From positions 1 to 57,082 of IMG/VR virus record IMGVR_UViG_3300025383_000031: a stretch of 57,082 nt of DNA, one strand, 5' to 3'. Made by a program: the position numbers and the translations under genes. Source of the DNA: a virus (lineage: Duplodnaviria; Caudoviricetes). Positions 53,879 through 57,082 of this stretch are shown here, piece after piece. A model generated the notes under the pieces. That model made no database searches and was not told the DNA's origin. It worked only from the letters and a program-made list of their open reading frames with translations. Numbering within the stretch: the first letter of the stretch is position 1; each line of letters starts with the position of its first letter.

Positions 53879-54565
53879 TTAATCCTTTATCTCAGTTCCA
53901 TATGGCGCTAATACACCACTTACTCCCATGCTACCCCACGGTAGATTATTTATAAGGTAGGATGGCATATGTTTATATAGCGCATGTTCTGTATCACAAT
54001 ATTTGCCAATCGTAACATGATCTAAAATTTCTTGATGCATCTTTTTGTATGTCTCTGCCATGGTCGAAAGTAACTCTGTTCCATACACCATGCAACGCAC
54101 ACTATACCAAAATTTTATATCACTAAAATGTTCTGGATTACCTGTTTGTACAGGACCACTTAGCGTAATCTTATTTGCAACATAGTTTAATGAAAATGTA
54201 TCATCTAAGGTATATCTTCCACTCAACTTAACTACTACACCATCTTCAAGTTTTTCATTTTGTAAGAATACACCTAGCGCATAACTCTCACATAAATTCT
54301 TGCATATACTATCTACGTTCCAGTTATTATATATTTGCTGCAAATATTCATCATTAATCGTAACAACTTTATGTGAATATTGTTTTATAGCAGATATTTG
54401 TGCGTCGTTTAATGAATCTTTGCTGATATCAAGTGTAATAATATGTGCGTCAGGAAATTTTTCTAAGATATTACGATATGTAACAAGTTGCTGTTGCAAT
54501 CTTTCGTCTGATGAAAATACACCAAAACTACTATTGACAGCACTTGTTACAATAAAGTTTATCAC
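53879..54565 (-). CDS. Hypothetical protein, possibly glycosyltransferase-like
   Basis: FIVTSAV...ERL.Q, KLSGRY, D.EH pattern. Confidence 0.55.
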   Translation of the reverse strand: MINFIVTSAVNSSFGVFSSDERLQQQLVTYRNILEKFPDAHIITLDISKDSLNDAQISAIKQYSHKVVTINDEYLQQIYNNWNVDSICKNLCESYALGVFLQNEKLEDGVVVKLSGRYTLDDTFSLNYVANKITLSGPVQTGNPEHFSDIKFWYSVRCMVYGTELLSTMAETYKKMHQEILDHVTIGKYCDTEHALYKHMPSYLINNLPWGSMGVSGVLAPYGTEIKD

Positions 54566-55044
54566 TTATATTTCACCGACATAGAATCACCAGTGTCTGG
54601 GTCAAACATTGTAAATGCATCCAAATCAGTAGGCGATGCTGGCATTACTGTTCCACTAGTTGTAGATGTAGTAACAGGATTTCTATACATAATGTCTGTT
54701 AATTCTGCTATTTGATCATCAGTCAATGTTACATTGGGTGTATATGGCATTGTGGTGATGCCCCAATTATTATAGTTTCTGCCACGCTCATAGGTATCTT
54801 TTGACCAATATGTGCCACGTTCTCTATTGACAGTTTCAAATTTAAGTTGGTCTAATTCACTACGCATATTTTGCAATTCACGCCACATTTGTTCAAGTGG
54901 TCCAACAGGATTAATGTTCATGCTGTCTTCTGCTACTTTGGTCAATACAATAGCTTGCTTAAAAGCATCAAGCACGGTTGGATCACGTGATATCAAAACT
55001 GCGTCTAATTCTCGCAATTGTTCTACTAAATTAGTTTTGGCCAT
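54562..55044 (-). CDS. Hypothetical protein
   Basis: Coiled coil then Thr-rich tail. Confidence 0.65.
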   Translation of the reverse strand: MAKTNLVEQLRELDAVLISRDPTVLDAFKQAIVLTKVAEDSMNINPVGPLEQMWRELQNMRSELDQLKFETVNRERGTYWSKDTYERGRNYNNWGITTMPYTPNVTLTDDQIAELTDIMYRNPVTTSTTSGTVMPASPTDLDAFTMFDPDTGDSMSVKYK

Positions 55045-55606
55045 TGTCAAGCAAATCCTTTCTGCAATAAAGTAGTGTTAGACCAGGTGCATAATACATA
55101 TTTTCAGCGATATGCCATGGGTCATTGTTTTGTAAGAAACTGTTAAGACCAAACACAACACCGATTGCCTGTACGCCATTGCCTAGTCTAACCGTTGGGT
55201 CAGGCTGATGCGCATGTTTAAATGTGTTATTAACAACAATATAGCGATTAACACACTTTTCAAACTTTTGACAAATAGTCATTACTACATTGCCTTCGGC
55301 AAACGCATCAACTATCAACATATCAGTTTGCAGAATAGTATCTAGTTCAACAATCATCTTATTGTGAAATACAAATTGGATACCATACTGATTAGCAAGT
55401 GCTTGATAATCACCAATGCCATCAGGCAATACATGATCATATAGTGTAATGCTCTTTGGCTTGGTGCTTAATGCCACAAGAGTGCTAAGACCGCTCCCAA
55501 ACCCAACAATAGTAATATTATCCACTCTGCGACACCAATCCATGAGACGAAAAAATTGAGGATTGCTGCTAATGTTCTCTGCGATGTTTTCATAAATTTC
55601 CTGCAT
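55031..55606 (-). CDS. Degenerate methyltransferase-like protein
   Basis: IVGFGSGLST, TDMLIVD, GLTLL; probable start 55606. Confidence 0.55.
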   Translation of the reverse strand: MQEIYENIAENISSNPQFFRLMDWCRRVDNITIVGFGSGLSTLVALSTKPKSITLYDHVLPDGIGDYQALANQYGIQFVFHNKMIVELDTILQTDMLIVDAFAEGNVVMTICQKFEKCVNRYIVVNNTFKHAHQPDPTVRLGNGVQAIGVVFGLNSFLQNNDPWHIAENMYYAPGLTLLYCRKDLLDNGQN

Positions 55607-55614
55607 GATTATAA

Positions 55615-55893
55615 TTATACCTTGTGATGTTGCTTTGCTAAATTTAATAGTACCTGATACTGTTCCCATGCTTCCATGACAGTAGGATACTGCTCACGAA
55701 TCATGGCTTCATAAAATGCGTTCTCTACAATGTCATGGGCAGCATTTTTCGTAGTCCAAATTTCTTCACGTTCATTATTTGGCAGCGTGTTTATACGCAC
55801 ACGAATTTCTTTAAAATCTTCTTCATGGTTGTTCCATGGACGACGAGTGACGGTTTTTCCACCGTCTGGACTTTCATAAATCCAAGAGGTCAT
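55615..55893 (-). CDS. Hypothetical protein
   Basis: IYESPDGGKTV.RR N-terminus; YPTVMEAWEQY C-terminus. Confidence 0.7.
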   Translation of the reverse strand: MTSWIYESPDGGKTVTRRPWNNHEEDFKEIRVRINTLPNNEREEIWTTKNAAHDIVENAFYEAMIREQYPTVMEAWEQYQVLLNLAKQHHKV

Positions 55894-56116
55894 TTTTAAT
55901 TCCTAATGTTTGTGGAGAATGGTCAAGATATTCTGTCTGTCCATTGCTATAAAAATAAGCATCTTCATCATTGATGGTTACTCGTAAATCACTGTGACAA
56001 ATTTCATAATCAGTAAATTCGCCGTCCTCGTGATAGACACGGAATACCCAATGATCATCCATTGGATGAGTGGGTATCAATACTCCAGTCACGCCATTTG
56101 CACTTTTTAATTTCAT
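55874..56116 (-). CDS. Hypothetical early protein
   Basis: 80-aa ORF directly after a sigma70 promoter. Confidence 0.7.
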   Translation of the reverse strand: MKLKSANGVTGVLIPTHPMDDHWVFRVYHEDGEFTDYEICHSDLRVTINDEDAYFYSNGQTEYLDHSPQTLGIKNDLLDL

Positions 56117-56122
56117 AGTACT

Positions 56123-56151
56123 AATATACGGATTAATTAGGCAAGTGTCAA
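56123..56151 (-). promoter_or_regulatory. Sigma70-type promoter, probably leaderless
   Basis: TTGACA-17-TATATT; 6 nt to ATG. Confidence 0.8.
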
Positions 56152-56585
56152 TAATTATTTTGACGATTTCTTACTGCAATGCTTAATTGGTCTGCGGGTA
56201 TGCCGTTCATTTTATACCCATCATACACATGTTTTAGGTATTTGTGGGATGGTGATCTTGATATATCGTCTCTGCTCTTGATCATAACATAGGTTAAGGC
56301 TTTGTATAATTCACCTTTGTATAGCACTTCAATGAACGCATGACTATAATCTTTGCCATCGCCTTCATACCAATCTAATATTTTTAATGAATCCATATCA
56401 ACAGCCCATAGCACACCATAGGTTTTTGCGCCATCTTTTTGAACAATATTAGTATAATGATTTATTTTTAATTGCTGATTTGGTGCAACAGCAACCCCAA
56501 TGCGTTTTGCGTTGGGAATACGGTTTTTTAATTCAGGTATATTAGTATTATGTCCGTATGAGAAATATAAAATGCTGTCAGCCAT
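56148..56585 (-). CDS. Gamma-glutamylcyclotransferase (GGCT/AIG2-like)
   Basis: YFSYGHN, YGVLW, LDWYEG, A.TY, PS..YL; TATAAATA at 56591-56598. Confidence 0.85.
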   Translation of the reverse strand: MADSILYFSYGHNTNIPELKNRIPNAKRIGVAVAPNQQLKINHYTNIVQKDGAKTYGVLWAVDMDSLKILDWYEGDGKDYSHAFIEVLYKGELYKALTYVMIKSRDDISRSPSHKYLKHVYDGYKMNGIPADQLSIAVRNRQNNY

Positions 56586-56600
56586 AAAAATATTTATAAT

Positions 56601-56628
56601 AAAAAAGGGGAAGTAAAAACTTCCCCTA
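56601..56628 (-). terminator. Rho-independent terminator
   Basis: aggggaagt/acttcccct stem followed by a T run on the minus strand. Confidence 0.85.
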
Positions 56629-56656
56629 ATCAGTGTCCATTCGCATGAACTAATAT

Positions 56657-57082
56657 TTAGTCGTTACCTGGATCGCCCTTGCAAAGAGTCTTCTTTGCAG
56701 CAGCAACTGCCTTAAAATCTACTGGCCATAGAGCAGGTTTTGCCTTCTTGTCAGCGCCTGGTGGAAGTGGGAATACCAATCCACTTGCTGCTTCAACATC
56801 AGCAACACTAACCTGAACCTTGGTTAGGTCATTGCCCTGATTTTCAGCCTGTGGGAATAAGAACGCATAAACTTCCTTGGTCTGTTCATCAATAACAATC
56901 TTAAACATCTTGTTTGGAACAGTTACCTTGTTAGCGCCGATTGTCTTATCGGTTCCAACCTTGTAGATGTTGCCAGCATAGATGAGAAGCGTATGATTGC
57001 GTGAGAATGTCCAAGCACCTGTTGAACCTTCAAGCAACTTCCAGATACCACGATTAAGACCTGGCAACTGTGGTGACATGTT
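56657..57082 (-). CDS. DNA/RNA non-specific endonuclease, N-terminus outside window
   Basis: NMSPQ.PGLNRGIWK.LE, VP..MFKIV, AFLFP, VSV..VE..SGL.F. Confidence 0.88.
   Translation of the reverse strand, partial: NMSPQLPGLNRGIWKLLEGSTGAWTFSRNHTLLIYAGNIYKVGTDKTIGANKVTVPNKMFKIVIDEQTKEVYAFLFPQAENQGNDLTKVQVSVADVEAASGLVFPLPPGADKKAKPALWPVDFKAVAAAKKTLCKGDPGND

Noticed and set aside
1-57082. Stop-codon reassignment
   Set aside because: Conserved genes are full length under the standard code, and TAA, TAG and TGA all terminate tightly packed genes.
1-57082. Bacterial chromosome or prophage origin suggested by clpA, dnaJ, infA, iscA, phoH
   Set aside because: These genes are interleaved with T4-like replication, baseplate and lysis genes and late promoters; no integrase or bacterial operon context.
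1-57082. tRNA or structured ncRNA genes
   Set aside because: Intergenic gaps are mostly under 100 nt and explained by promoters or terminators; no cloverleaf seen by eye. A tRNAscan-SE or Infernal run would be needed to exclude them.

Overview
A 57-kb, gene-dense, AT-rich segment of a large lytic T4-like dsDNA tailed phage (myovirus type); host is probably alphaproteobacterial (inference). Nearly all genes are on the minus strand; phoH is the only convincing plus-strand gene. The standard genetic code gives intact genes, and I saw no tRNA, rRNA or CRISPR array. Modules: (1) replication: RNase H/5'-3' exonuclease, sliding clamp, family B DNA polymerase, DsbA-like protein, clamp loader, MazG-like enzyme, stand-alone DnaE fragment; (2) proteostasis and host-like genes: ClpA, DnaJ, GroES, IF-1, IscA, PhoH, GGCT; (3) holin plus two-component spanin; (4) baseplate and fibre genes; (5) scattered AT-rich glycan-modification-like genes and a GIY-YIG homing endonuclease. 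The most striking structure is a ~19-kb late-expressed locus (12.6-31.3 kb). About a dozen of its proteins begin with a short leader ending in hydrophobic-x-Glu, like the T4 capsid-targeting sequence, and several are strings of unrelated domains separated by LDE/IEE/ISE/LNE linkers. The domains include an HxGH nucleotidyltransferase, RyR-like domain, HiPIP 4Fe-4S domain, ADP-ribosyltransferase-like domain, tandem amidoligases, LysM, a ligase-fold enzyme, a HAD nucleotidase and Glu-free basic peptides. I interpret this as capsid-packaged polyproteins cut by the prohead protease into an injected cargo (inference; the protease gene is not in the window). The regulatory DNA shows leaderless early and late transcripts, TAAATA late promoters nested in hairpins that hide the RBS or start codon, and a dual-promoter gene that could yield two N-terminal isoforms. 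All product calls are from motif recognition by eye, not database searches.
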